The notes under the pieces are model-generated. The model was not told where the DNA came from, made no database searches, and saw only the letters and a list, made by a program, of their open reading frames with translations. Shown here piece after piece: positions 18,044 through 27,367 of a DNA stretch of 64,000 bases (its first letter is position 1; every line of letters begins with the position of its first letter). Made by a program: the position numbers and the translations under genes. This DNA is from an uncultured Candidatus Saccharibacteria bacterium. GTDB taxonomy: Bacteria > Patescibacteriota > Saccharimonadia > CAILAD01 > JADZBC01. Location of the stretch: positions 40,867-104,866 of the forward strand of contig CAZRJR010000002.1 in assembly GCA_964600985.1 (NCBI GenBank). The letters are read 5' to 3'.

Positions 18044-18120
18044 TGGTGTATCCGGAGGGATTCGAACCCCCGACCCCCAGCACCGCAAGCTGATGCTCTA
18101 TCCAACTGAGCTACGGATAC
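18044..18120 (-). tRNA. tRNA-Arg (anticodon reads GCG)
   Basis: GTATCCG acceptor stem, D-arm GCTCAGTTGGATAGAGC, anticodon stem TCAGC/GCTGG with loop TTGCGGT, T-arm GGGGGTTCGAATCCCTC, encoded CCA. The backbone aligns closely to bacterial tRNA-Arg(ACG), but position 34 is G. Confidence 0.7.
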
Positions 18121-18290
18121 ACGTGTAAAACAACCGTTATTCTACCCTATTTAAGCCCATCTGTAAATTGTAGCTTCCTGGCCATCGAAGATCAGAAAGG
18201 CTGGAATGGAAGAAGTAAGACTGAGCGAGGATTGCAGAGCCCTGCCTTGAGGGCGAACCCCGCAGCGAAATTCATACCTCAAAGTTAACA

Positions 18291-18456
18291 GCTGCCTCTA
18301 GATCTGAGTCAGGGCCAGGAATACTTTTGCCTACTTTTGGTATGTTCAAAAGTAGGAGATGGCTTAAAAAAGGGTTTATGCAGACCCTTCGGCTCCGCTC
18401 AGGGTGACGGATGAGTATTCAAGATGACGAAGTAGAACCTTTTAGATTATCTAAAA
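18291..18456 (-). repeat. Decayed copy of the hammerhead-associated element (inverted relative to the copy at 33580-33784)
   Basis: The reverse complement aligns to 33612-33784, including the hairpin CCTACTTTTG-N7-CAAAAGTAGG and GTCACCCTGAGC...CGAAGGGTCTGC. The ribozyme core is mutated (TTAGATA for CTGATGA). Confidence 0.55.
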
Positions 18457-19212
18457 CCGTAGCGCGCGCAGCAGACGGTCGATTAGATCATTGCGGGGTG
18501 GAACTTTGGGTAGCACACTTCCCATGAGGTCCTCTACTTTGTCCTCCTCGCCCTCTTGGATCGGCAGCGACACGAGCGTGCCAAATTGTTTGCTTGGCAC
18601 CAGCTCAAAAACCCGCTGGCCATAGTCGCTGATTTCGTAAAACGCCGAAAAGTGATCAAAGCGGTAAGATTTGTCGCCCACATACACGCCGTGGGTGGTA
18701 ATGGAGTAGGTGAGCGTACGAGGCTTGCGCTGCGCGTAAATCACGAGCGCGATACACATGAGCACCAGTAGGCCAATGGTAAGGTACTGGCGGGTGTATA
18801 TGGCCAGCCCGATCATTGCAGTAAAGAACAGAGCGAGCAGAAAGTACCAACCAGCCGGCTTGTTGGTAAAGGTGAACTCGGGGGCGTTCCAGCTCATAAG
18901 GGCTGTTTCGGCGGTAGGGTTAACTTGCTCAGGTGCTTCAGACTCATTGTGTGGCTCATCGCCAAGGTCGGCGTCCTGCATGCTCTGTGACTCATTTTGA
19001 AGGCTCTGGGGCGCAGTTTCGGTCGAGGGCGAGTAAATAGGCGGCGCTGCGGTTTCGGGCGCGCTCACGGCCTGTGGTGCGGTCATAGCGCCTATGCTTG
19101 TGGGTTGGGGCGCAGTAGCCGGCTCGCTGCTTGTAATCGCCGAGTCAGTATTGGCTGGCTCTGCCGCAGCCGGTCTGTAGGTTACGCCTGGTTTTGCTTC
19201 ATCGTCTTGCAT
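18451..19212 (-). CDS. Hypothetical membrane protein with a Pro/Ala/Thr-rich N-terminal region
   Basis: 253 aa with two central TM helices. Confidence 0.5.
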   Translation of the reverse strand: MQDDEAKPGVTYRPAAAEPANTDSAITSSEPATAPQPTSIGAMTAPQAVSAPETAAPPIYSPSTETAPQSLQNESQSMQDADLGDEPHNESEAPEQVNPTAETALMSWNAPEFTFTNKPAGWYFLLALFFTAMIGLAIYTRQYLTIGLLVLMCIALVIYAQRKPRTLTYSITTHGVYVGDKSYRFDHFSAFYEISDYGQRVFELVPSKQFGTLVSLPIQEGEEDKVEDLMGSVLPKVPPRNDLIDRLLRALRF

Positions 19213-19278
19213 GATTGGAGATTGCTTAGTGCCTATGCTTAATCAATTTCATTATGCATCAAAGCCGGCGCGATGTCA

Positions 19279-19839
19279 CTATATAGTTTTAGTACGGAAC
19301 GGCTTGTAGTTTCTGCCAAGCTTTTGGTTCTCTGATTCTAGGTCCTCGATAATTTTAAACTTATCCTCGCCGTGAACTTCCTTGAATCTTTGCAAGGTAT
19401 CCATATCTGCAAAGTAAACCTGTACACCTAATTCCATCATGGCATCCAGAGCTGAATCATATTCTTCTTTCGCAACTGGTTTAACCGGCACGGTACTGGT
19501 CCACTCCTTGTACCCCACGCCCAAATCAGGGTCGAAGTTGAATGAATCGGAGGGGAGCTCGTAAATTGCTCCACCTTCGTCTGCTGCCCGGAACCTTGCC
19601 GTGTCTCCCACGAGCACATAGGGAATGTCATTCATAAATCCCGAGGCCATTTTGCGGTCATCAAAGGGGTGTAAAAAGATAGCAGCAAATGCCTTGTCTA
19701 AAGCTGCAAACACTTGTGCTGGCTCGTCTTTGTGTCGTTTGGCTCCATGACGAGGTATAAACTCTACCACATTTCTGTCGCGTGACGCGTGGTAAAGGAC
19801 GGACGGCTTAACAAAGTCTGGGGGCGGTAACTTGGGCAT
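19279..19839 (-). CDS. Hypothetical protein
   Basis: 186 aa ORF of native composition. No recognisable motif. Confidence 0.45.
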   Translation of the reverse strand: MPKLPPPDFVKPSVLYHASRDRNVVEFIPRHGAKRHKDEPAQVFAALDKAFAAIFLHPFDDRKMASGFMNDIPYVLVGDTARFRAADEGGAIYELPSDSFNFDPDLGVGYKEWTSTVPVKPVAKEEYDSALDAMMELGVQVYFADMDTLQRFKEVHGEDKFKIIEDLESENQKLGRNYKPFRTKTI

Positions 19840-19852
19840 TGTAATAATTGCT

Positions 19853-19942
<90 letters not shown>

Positions 19943-19993
19943 ATAAGTGACTAGGCTATAGTTTACTGGAAAGTTACATAGGTTTCCACCTGA

Positions 19994-20461
19994 TTACATG
20001 AACTTATGCCACTCTTCATAGCCTTTGGTTCTACCGAGCTTCTTCATGAGGGCTTGCGAGGCGCTGTTCCAAGCATCAACATTGCCTGAAATCTGGTGAA
20101 CACCAAGTTCCTTTGCAAGATCTTCCGCTCGTTGTTCCAAGAGGGTAGCGACTCCCTTCTTCTGGTGGTCTTTGGCTACGACCACGTCTATTACGAAGAG
20201 CTGCTTCTGGTGCGTGTAGTAGTTAGGGTTATCTTGAACCTCGAGGCTGATGAACCCGATTAACTCAGAATCCTGCTTTGCTACGAAAGCAAAGCGGTTG
20301 TCTGTCTTGAGAACTTTTGTTAACCAGCTTACAGCCTTTGGCTTAGTTAGGCTATTGGAATCATAGAGGCCGTTCTGAGAAGTATGGAGTTGCCAAGAAT
20401 AGAACAGAATATCTGCTGCGCTAGGTATATCTTCATCTGTAAGTGGTGAGATTTGGATCAT
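19994..20461 (-). CDS. GNAT family N-acetyltransferase
   Basis: 155 aa with an acetyl-CoA binding-like segment (HQKKGVATLLEQRAEDLAKELG). Confidence 0.7.
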   Translation of the reverse strand: MIQISPLTDEDIPSAADILFYSWQLHTSQNGLYDSNSLTKPKAVSWLTKVLKTDNRFAFVAKQDSELIGFISLEVQDNPNYYTHQKQLFVIDVVVAKDHQKKGVATLLEQRAEDLAKELGVHQISGNVDAWNSASQALMKKLGRTKGYEEWHKFM

Positions 20462-20466
20462 TGCTT

Positions 20467-20560
20467 TGGCGGAGAGGGAGGGATTCGAACCCTCGCTAGA
20501 GATTGCTCCCTACTAACGGTTTAGCAAACCGTCCCCTTATAGCCACTTGGGTACCTCTCC
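20467..20560 (-). tRNA. tRNA-Ser (anticodon GCT)
   Basis: Anticodon stem ACGGT/ACCGT with loop TTGCTAA. Long variable arm. Encoded CCA. Confidence 0.85.
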
Positions 20561-20732
20561 TCGTAAGAACATAACACGTTTCGAACCATCACATTATACG
20601 CATTTCTGCGCCATACGCCAAGGGTAAGTGCAATAGTATAATTCAAGGCTAGGACGGCAAAAATATCCTACAAACCGAACATTATAAGGACACATTTATG
20701 GCATTTGTAAATTCATATGAACCTATTGTTCT

Positions 20733-21635
20733 CTATCTGTCAACAGGTATAGCCTCGAAACGGGCAGAATACTCAGCTGCTTTGGCTGTATTTCCAAGAT
20801 TTTTGTAGGTTTGCGCAAGGAGCAAGTTCAGGCTTGGATTAGCTCGGTCGAGCGCTATACCCTTCTCCCCTCGTCCGGCGGCTAGCTTGTAGTCGCCACG
20901 GGCCTGAGCCAGTTGAGCAAGCATTAGCCAGTCGCCCGCAGTTTTGGGAGGTGCAGCCAGAAGGCGCTTCTCCCCTACGCTGTAAACTCGGTTGGCGATC
21001 AAGAATATGCCAACGCCTCGAGCGGTGCTAAGCTGAGGCGATTGCAATACGGGCAAGCTGCCGGCCGAAACCAGTGTCTGGTTGGGGCTAAGAAGCGCGC
21101 ATATAGCAGCTACGTTTTGCGCAGGTTCGCTAGCCAGCTCTAGCTTGAGCGCCTTGGCTGCGTTCGCACAGCCGTTGGCATTATCACCCTTATTAAACAA
21201 AGCAGTAGCTAAGCCAGTGTAGGCCTGGGCTGTGGCTTTCTGTTTAATCGCGCGGGCATAAAAGCGCTGTGCTGGTGTATAGTCTTGGGCTCGGAGGGCA
21301 TATTCCCCTAGCAGCAGGTTATTCGGTGTAAGTGGCCAGGAATTCAGTACGCGCCATGCCTTATCGTAGCGACCCAGGCTTACATAGTAGTCGGCCAAAG
21401 CACGTGGGGCGGTCTCTCCCCCTTTGTCGAGTATCATGGCTTCGCGCAGGTACTCTTCGCGTACACTTGGCTCGGTGGCAGACTTGCTCTTGCTTATTAG
21501 CATCACCACTTGCCTGTCGCGCCATGCCAGCACTCTAGGAGCGACCAGTAGTACACAAATTCCAGCTAGGCCAAAGGTAATGGCGGCTATAAGGGTAAAT
21601 GGGATTCTAGGCTTACTTTGGGGTCTTGTCTTCAA
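20733..21635 (-). CDS. Tetratricopeptide-repeat protein with an N-terminal membrane anchor
   Basis: 300 aa with repeated A/Y/L TPR-like helices (YARAIKQKATAQAYTGLATALFNKGD...). Confidence 0.6.
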   Translation of the reverse strand: MKTRPQSKPRIPFTLIAAITFGLAGICVLLVAPRVLAWRDRQVVMLISKSKSATEPSVREEYLREAMILDKGGETAPRALADYYVSLGRYDKAWRVLNSWPLTPNNLLLGEYALRAQDYTPAQRFYARAIKQKATAQAYTGLATALFNKGDNANGCANAAKALKLELASEPAQNVAAICALLSPNQTLVSAGSLPVLQSPQLSTARGVGIFLIANRVYSVGEKRLLAAPPKTAGDWLMLAQLAQARGDYKLAAGRGEKGIALDRANPSLNLLLAQTYKNLGNTAKAAEYSARFEAIPVDR

Positions 21636-24003
21636 GGGCTTGAATGCTGGCTTGCAGTTCCTTCACTGCTATTTTAGCATCTTCGTACCTCTTACGCTCG
21701 GCTTCTACTACCGCTTCCGGGGCATTAGCTACAAAGTCCTGATTGGCTAGCTTGGCTTCGCTCAAGCGCGCGGCGTTTTGCTTGAGGCTTAGCTCGCGCT
21801 CAAGCGCTCTTAGGTGGTTTTGCGTCTCATCCGAGGCTTTCTTGGCAATGAACTCGGCGATTTCGAGCTCAAATTTGTCGGCCTTGGCGGCGTCGTAGGC
21901 CAAGCGAACATTCGGCCAACTTTCGGTTATAAGCTGGGAGTCAGTCCACGGCAGCTCTTGCCAAATCGCTTCGGTTACAAATGGCGCAATAGGGTGGAGC
22001 AGGCGCAGGATGGTTTCAAGCGCGGAGGCGAGCATGGCGGGGTTAAGGTTGGCCTTGGAGTACTCGATGTAACGATCAGCAAACTTGTCCCACAGGAGGG
22101 AGTAGAGTGCTTGGCCGGCTTCAGAGAAGCGGTAAGACTCGATCTGTTGCGTAACAAACTTGTTGGTCTGGGTAAGTTCGCGCGCTATGTAGTGATCGGC
22201 ATTGGTTTTAAGCTCTGGCTGAGTGGGGGAGTAGTCGGCTGGGAGTTTGCTCAGGGTAAACCGAGCTACGTTCCAGAGCTTGTTGCAGAAGTTTCGGTAG
22301 CCTTTAACCTTCTCATTAGATAACGCACCGTCGTTACCAGGAGTAATGCCAATGGTTAGTGCCAAGCGCAGGGCATCAGTGCCAAATTCCTCGGTTAATT
22401 CAAGGGGGTTGAGTACATTGCCTTTAGATTTACTCATCTTCTTGCCGTGAGCGTCGTTTACGAGCCCATGAAGGTAAACGTTTTCAAATGGCACTTTACC
22501 AGTTCGGTAAACTCCCAGCATAACCATGCGCGTAACCCATTGAAATAGAATGTCACGGCCCGTTTCCATCACGGTAGTAGGGTAGAAGGTATCGAAGTCT
22601 TCCGTTGCCATGAGTGTAGCGAAGGGCCACTGCCCACTAGAGAACCAGGTATCAAAGGTGTCGGTTTCACGCTCGTAGTTACCTTCACCGTAGTAGGCCT
22701 TCGCCTCAGCTTCATCGTTTGTTATGATGTAGGGTTTCTTTGACTTGTCCTCGCCGGAGTTATAAAAAACAGGTATATGAATACCAAACCAACTTTGACG
22801 GCTAATGTTCCAGTCGCGCAAGTTCTCGAGCCAATCAATATATGATTTCTTAAATCGAGCAGGTACGATGTTGATTTCGCCATTCTTCACTGCCGCAATG
22901 GCTGGCTTTTTAAGGTCTTCCACTTTGATCCACCACTGCTCGGTAACTAACGGCTCGATGAGATTGCCACAGCGGTCGTGGTAGGCAACAGAGTGCTCAC
23001 GGTTCATGTCAATGTGGTCTATCAATCCACGCTCCTCGAGGTCGTGTGCTACGGCGTCACGCGCTTCGAGTACAGTCATGCCTGCGTAGCGGCCTGCAGC
23101 TTCTGTGAGGAGCCCGTCGGTACCAATTCCACTAATAACCTCGAGGTTGTGGCGCTGCGCCATCTCCCAGTCGTTCGGATCGTGTGCAGGAGTGATTTTG
23201 ACCACACCGGTACCAAAATCTGGGTCTACATGCCGATCACCAATTACTCTGAGCTTGCGTTTGCCCCATAGCAGGTCGACTTCCACTTCTTTGCCAATCC
23301 ATTCCTTGTAGCGTTCGTCTTCTGGGTGCACGGCAATTCCTGTGTCAGCAAACATAGGCTCTGGTCGTACAGTAGCGATCACAAACGGCCCGTATTTAAT
23401 GTAGTAGAGCGGATCAATCTGGTCACGATGCTTAATTTCGATGTCAGCGAAGCTGGAGCGGCAGTGCGGGCACCAGTTTACAATGCGGTCACCACGGTAA
23501 ATGTGGCCATCAGCTTCGAGGCGCTTAAACGTTTCGTAAACAGTCTCGATAATGTCGTCGTCCAAGGTGAATTTAAGACGACTCCAGTCGAGAGAAAAAC
23601 CCAAGGACTTCAGCTGTGAAACAATGTTGTGTTGGTTCTGCTTGGTGTATGCCAGCGCTGCGTCATAGAATTCACTTGGTGTGAAATCAAAGCGGCTTTT
23701 GCCTTCCTTTGCGAGCTCGCGTTCGAACACCACCTGGGTTTCGATTCCGGCATGATCAGTACCTGGTAGCCAAAGGGTAGGGTGGCCTTGCATGCGGCGG
23801 TAGCGCACCATAATGTCTTCTACCACATACATGGCGTGGCCTGTGTGTAGGTTGCCGTTGGCGTTTGGTGGGGGCAGAATGATGCTAAATGGACTTTTGG
23901 GCGCGTTTAAGTTGGGCTTGAATGCTCCTGATTCTTCCCACATTTTGTACAAACGCTCTTCGTAGCTGCCTGGCTGGTATGCCTTTGGCATTGATGATTC
24001 CAT
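21613..24003 (-). CDS. valS: Valine--tRNA ligase
   Basis: Class I HIGH (PPNANGNLHTGHA) and KMSKS motifs plus a C-terminal coiled coil. Start trimmed to MESSMPKAYQPGSYEE. Confidence 0.95.
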   Translation of the reverse strand: MESSMPKAYQPGSYEERLYKMWEESGAFKPNLNAPKSPFSIILPPPNANGNLHTGHAMYVVEDIMVRYRRMQGHPTLWLPGTDHAGIETQVVFERELAKEGKSRFDFTPSEFYDAALAYTKQNQHNIVSQLKSLGFSLDWSRLKFTLDDDIIETVYETFKRLEADGHIYRGDRIVNWCPHCRSSFADIEIKHRDQIDPLYYIKYGPFVIATVRPEPMFADTGIAVHPEDERYKEWIGKEVEVDLLWGKRKLRVIGDRHVDPDFGTGVVKITPAHDPNDWEMAQRHNLEVISGIGTDGLLTEAAGRYAGMTVLEARDAVAHDLEERGLIDHIDMNREHSVAYHDRCGNLIEPLVTEQWWIKVEDLKKPAIAAVKNGEINIVPARFKKSYIDWLENLRDWNISRQSWFGIHIPVFYNSGEDKSKKPYIITNDEAEAKAYYGEGNYERETDTFDTWFSSGQWPFATLMATEDFDTFYPTTVMETGRDILFQWVTRMVMLGVYRTGKVPFENVYLHGLVNDAHGKKMSKSKGNVLNPLELTEEFGTDALRLALTIGITPGNDGALSNEKVKGYRNFCNKLWNVARFTLSKLPADYSPTQPELKTNADHYIARELTQTNKFVTQQIESYRFSEAGQALYSLLWDKFADRYIEYSKANLNPAMLASALETILRLLHPIAPFVTEAIWQELPWTDSQLITESWPNVRLAYDAAKADKFELEIAEFIAKKASDETQNHLRALERELSLKQNAARLSEAKLANQDFVANAPEAVVEAERKRYEDAKIAVKELQASIQALEDKTPK

Positions 24004-24122
24004 GGGCAGAGTATAGCTGATTGTGGGCAGGATTTCTAGGTGGAGTCGGCCCACGCATCTTGACAAAACACTTATGCTTTGCTATAATGGTAGCAACAGT
24101 ACAAAAACAAAAAAGGAGCAGT

Positions 24123-24539
24123 ATGACGCTTATTGAGTCGCAACCCAGCACATCATCATCTAGCCAGAATAGTTTGCCCGAACGCATGGCCGGAGCTTCG
24201 GCATCTGGCAATAAAGGGAATTTTCTGGCTGAGACATATCACGATGAAAGTGGCATGACCGCAAATGGTCAACCATATAACCGCCGCACGGAAGTATATA
24301 ATCGTGATCAACATGTAGCGACAGAGCTTTCTCGCGATGGTTTACCGGTTTCAACCGAACTAACTCCAAAGCCATCCCTAGAGAACCCAACTGATATTAT
24401 GCCTGCACAGGCGTCTGATGAAATTCCAAGTAGCTCAGGAGGAAACTTAGAGCATCGCCGCACTGGCACAGATGAGTCAGAGCTTTCTAGACACTTCGAA
24501 ACTCACGATGGAAACAGTAAGCCTAAAGAATTAAAGTAA
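24123..24539 (+). CDS. Hypothetical Ser/Thr-rich low-complexity protein
   Basis: AAGGAG RBS before MTLIESQPSTSSSSQ... 138 aa, likely disordered. Confidence 0.4.
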   Translation: MTLIESQPSTSSSSQNSLPERMAGASASGNKGNFLAETYHDESGMTANGQPYNRRTEVYNRDQHVATELSRDGLPVSTELTPKPSLENPTDIMPAQASDEIPSSSGGNLEHRRTGTDESELSRHFETHDGNSKPKELK

Positions 24540-24541
24540 AA

Positions 24542-25570
24542 CTACAGTTCTTCTAAACTTGAATCAGCAACTAACTCCAATGGATCCGTAAACATATCTT
24601 TCTTAGCCATTCTGTAGGCCAATGCTGCAATCATAGCGGCGTTGTCGGTACAAAGCACGGGTGGCACAAAGATAGCGTTTGGTAGCTTAGCTGTAAGCTC
24701 TGAGCGCAACCTTTGATTACAAGCCACACCGCCACCAACCACGATGCTGGCGGGCTGGTGCTCCTCGGCAGCTTTTACCGTAGCCTTTACCAGCGCATCT
24801 ACTACGGCTTTTTGAAAGCTCGCAGCAATATCATTCACTACTTGTTGATCTAGTTTATAGGTTTTAGGTAAGTTCAAGTCGCCGGGGTTATATCCGCTAA
24901 TCTCTTGCACTTGGCGGAGTACGGCGGTCTTGAGGCCCGAGAAGCTAAAGTCGTATGGGTTATCGAGCTTAGCGATCGGGAATTTATACTTGGTTTCGTC
25001 GCCATTCTTGGCGGCTTTGTCGATGGCTGGGCCGCCGGGGTAGGGGAGGCCAAGGAGCTTGGCTACTTTGTCAAACGCCTCCCCGGCCGCGTCGTCACGC
25101 GTTTCGCCCAGCAGGGTGCGGTCAAGGTTCTCATTGTACATGGTTAGTGCAGAGTGGCCACCGGATACTGTAAGGGCAAGGATCGGGAACTGAGGCTGGT
25201 TCTCGGTTAGGAACGCGGCAAAGGCGTGGGCGATTATGTGATTCACACCAACGAGTGGTTTGTTTTTAACCATCGCAATGGTGCGCGCAGTGAGGGTGCC
25301 GATGAGGAGTGAACCAATCAAACCTGGTCCGCGGGTGGTGGCAATAGCGTCAATGTCATCCCAAGTTAATTTGGCTTCGCTGAGTGCTTGCTCGATTACG
25401 GGGATAATGACCTCAATGTGACTACGGGCAGCTACCTCGGGCACCACGCCTCCGTATTGGGCGTGGATGTCGATTTGTGAACTAATTACGTTGGCTAGCA
25501 CTTCGCGGCCATCGCGCACGATGGCGCAGGCAGTTTCGTCACAGCTCGATTCAATAGCTAGAATTATCAT
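24542..25570 (-). CDS. tsaD: tRNA N6-adenosine threonylcarbamoyltransferase TsaD
   Basis: MIILAIESSCDETACAIV N-terminus and the Kae1/TsaD fold pattern throughout. Confidence 0.9.
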   Translation of the reverse strand: MIILAIESSCDETACAIVRDGREVLANVISSQIDIHAQYGGVVPEVAARSHIEVIIPVIEQALSEAKLTWDDIDAIATTRGPGLIGSLLIGTLTARTIAMVKNKPLVGVNHIIAHAFAAFLTENQPQFPILALTVSGGHSALTMYNENLDRTLLGETRDDAAGEAFDKVAKLLGLPYPGGPAIDKAAKNGDETKYKFPIAKLDNPYDFSFSGLKTAVLRQVQEISGYNPGDLNLPKTYKLDQQVVNDIAASFQKAVVDALVKATVKAAEEHQPASIVVGGGVACNQRLRSELTAKLPNAIFVPPVLCTDNAAMIAALAYRMAKKDMFTDPLELVADSSLEEL

Positions 25571-25573
25571 GCC

Positions 25574-25753
25574 TTATATGATAGTAAAAGTGCGTGCAAA
25601 AGGCGAACCGCCACCGCCCCAACGAGGGGCGGTGGCGATCATGGTGGCGACGTAGATGGCCTCGAAGATGATGAAGGTGACCAGCCCGAAGGCGAGAGTC
25701 ACCAGGCCAATCTTCGTGTACCAGACGAGCTGGAGTAGTTCGGGATTAACCAT
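25574..25753 (-). CDS. Small hypothetical membrane protein in GC-rich island
   Basis: About 62% GC. A single TM helix and a Gly-rich tail. Weak. Confidence 0.25.
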   Translation of the reverse strand: MVNPELLQLVWYTKIGLVTLAFGLVTFIIFEAIYVATMIATAPRWGGGGSPFARTFTII

Positions 25754-26120
25754 GGGTTGTCTCCTCGATGGGTAGCGGCCGGCCATGCTCGTCCGTGCCG
25801 TGGAGGGTGCGGTTGACGATGCGTTGCACCGCCCGCAAAACTTCCCTGAGGTCCACCTCCCGGAAGGCAGGGTTCAGATGGTTTTGCCCGACCTTGAAGT
25901 CGTTGGGGTCAAGTGCATCTAGCTCCTCCAACGCTGCTCTGAGTCGGGCCAACTCAGCTCGGTCATCTGCCAGAAGGTCCTTGATTTGATCCAGGCAGAG
26001 CGAGCGTTCATGGACGGTTGCTGCGTCTGCTAGGATCTCCCTGAGCGCTGCATCGAGCGCTACATCGTCCCTCATCGCGCCTGCTTGTTGCGGCGGAGGT
26101 TGATGCAGGCCACCAGCCAC
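25746..26120 (-). CDS. Hypothetical protein in GC-rich island
   Basis: 124 aa, Ala/Leu/Asp/Arg-rich helical protein. An additional 56-aa ORF (26085-26252, minus) lies upstream. Confidence 0.35.
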   Translation of the reverse strand: MAGGLHQPPPQQAGAMRDDVALDAALREILADAATVHERSLCLDQIKDLLADDRAELARLRAALEELDALDPNDFKVGQNHLNPAFREVDLREVLRAVQRIVNRTLHGTDEHGRPLPIEETTHG

Positions 26121-26374
26121 AGGCAGGTGAGCGCTGCAACCAGCTTGCTGGCGCGACCACCCATGAACGAACTCACACAGCTGGAGTGCCGATGGGGCTC
26201 CCAGCTGCTCTCGCCAGCCATGTAGCTTTTTTGCATCTGCTCGATTGCCATGGTGCTCCCTTGCTCTTGATCCTATAGTAGGATTCCCAGATTTTGGGTT
26301 GGCAATATCATACCACTTTTGGCTATATGGTCAAGGGTTCGGGGTGATCGGGGCGGTCTGTTACAATAAACTCA

Positions 26375-27367
26375 ATGGCACTTCTAGAACTACCACACGA
26401 TTGGGACGAGCGATTGGCACAAAAAGGCGGGCATGTGTTTCAGTCTTCGCTATGGGCAGAGTTCCAGCATGCCCAAAATCGGCAAGTACTGGTGGGCGAA
26501 AGTGCCGATGGCGGCAAGGCCTGGCAATGGCAGGCAGCGATTCGCCATGGCAGGCTTGGGTTTACATATTTGTATGCAGCGTATGGACCTACGGCGGTGG
26601 ATCAAAAAAGTGTACTCAGTGCCTGCGACGACCTGCACGCAACAGGAGTGGAGCACAATGTAGACTTTGTGCGCGTGGAGCCGTATAGCACCGCTGCTGG
26701 CGCGAAAGTTAGCGCCGAAACTCTGCGCTCCATTGGCGCTCGTAGGGTGGCCGATATGCAGCCTAGTCACCACATGGTACTCGACATTACCCAGAGCGAA
26801 GAAGACATGCGCCGCAGTATTTCGCCGAGTAATCGCAATCTCATAAACACTGCTAATAAGCGTGGTCTTAAATTTGTAGAAAGCACCGAGCTGGCCGATA
26901 TGGCGGAATTTGTGGCCATGCAGCGCGCCACCGCTGAGCGTGGTGGGTGGCACCCTCAGCCCGATAGTTACTATGAGTGTTTGGCTAAGAGCTTGCTGCC
27001 GAGTGGGGGCGCCAAGCTATACTTTGCTGAGCACGACCGCACTAAAATCGCCGGTGCCGTGTGCATGGACTTTGGCGGCGTGCGGTACTATTTGTTTGCT
27101 GGCATGCACCCCGAGCTCAATCGCCAACACAAGGCCGCTGTAGCGCTGGTGTGGTGGATGATTACGGACGCAAAGGCCCAAGGACTCAAGACATTTGATT
27201 ATGGCGGTGTAGCGCCCGAGGATGCGCCCGAGAGCCATCCATACTATCACCATACGAAGTTCAAAAAGTCGATTGGCGGCAATACTCTAAGCACCATTGG
27301 CACGTGGGATATACCAATTAAGAGCGGCAAGTATGCAGTTTATACAGCACTCAAGAGGTTCGTGTAG
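26375..27367 (+). CDS. FemAB-family peptidoglycan interpeptide-bridge aminoacyltransferase
   Basis: 330 aa with the GNAT-like Fem fold pattern. Tandem with a paralog. Confidence 0.75.
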   Translation: MALLELPHDWDERLAQKGGHVFQSSLWAEFQHAQNRQVLVGESADGGKAWQWQAAIRHGRLGFTYLYAAYGPTAVDQKSVLSACDDLHATGVEHNVDFVRVEPYSTAAGAKVSAETLRSIGARRVADMQPSHHMVLDITQSEEDMRRSISPSNRNLINTANKRGLKFVESTELADMAEFVAMQRATAERGGWHPQPDSYYECLAKSLLPSGGAKLYFAEHDRTKIAGAVCMDFGGVRYYLFAGMHPELNRQHKAAVALVWWMITDAKAQGLKTFDYGGVAPEDAPESHPYYHHTKFKKSIGGNTLSTIGTWDIPIKSGKYAVYTALKRFV

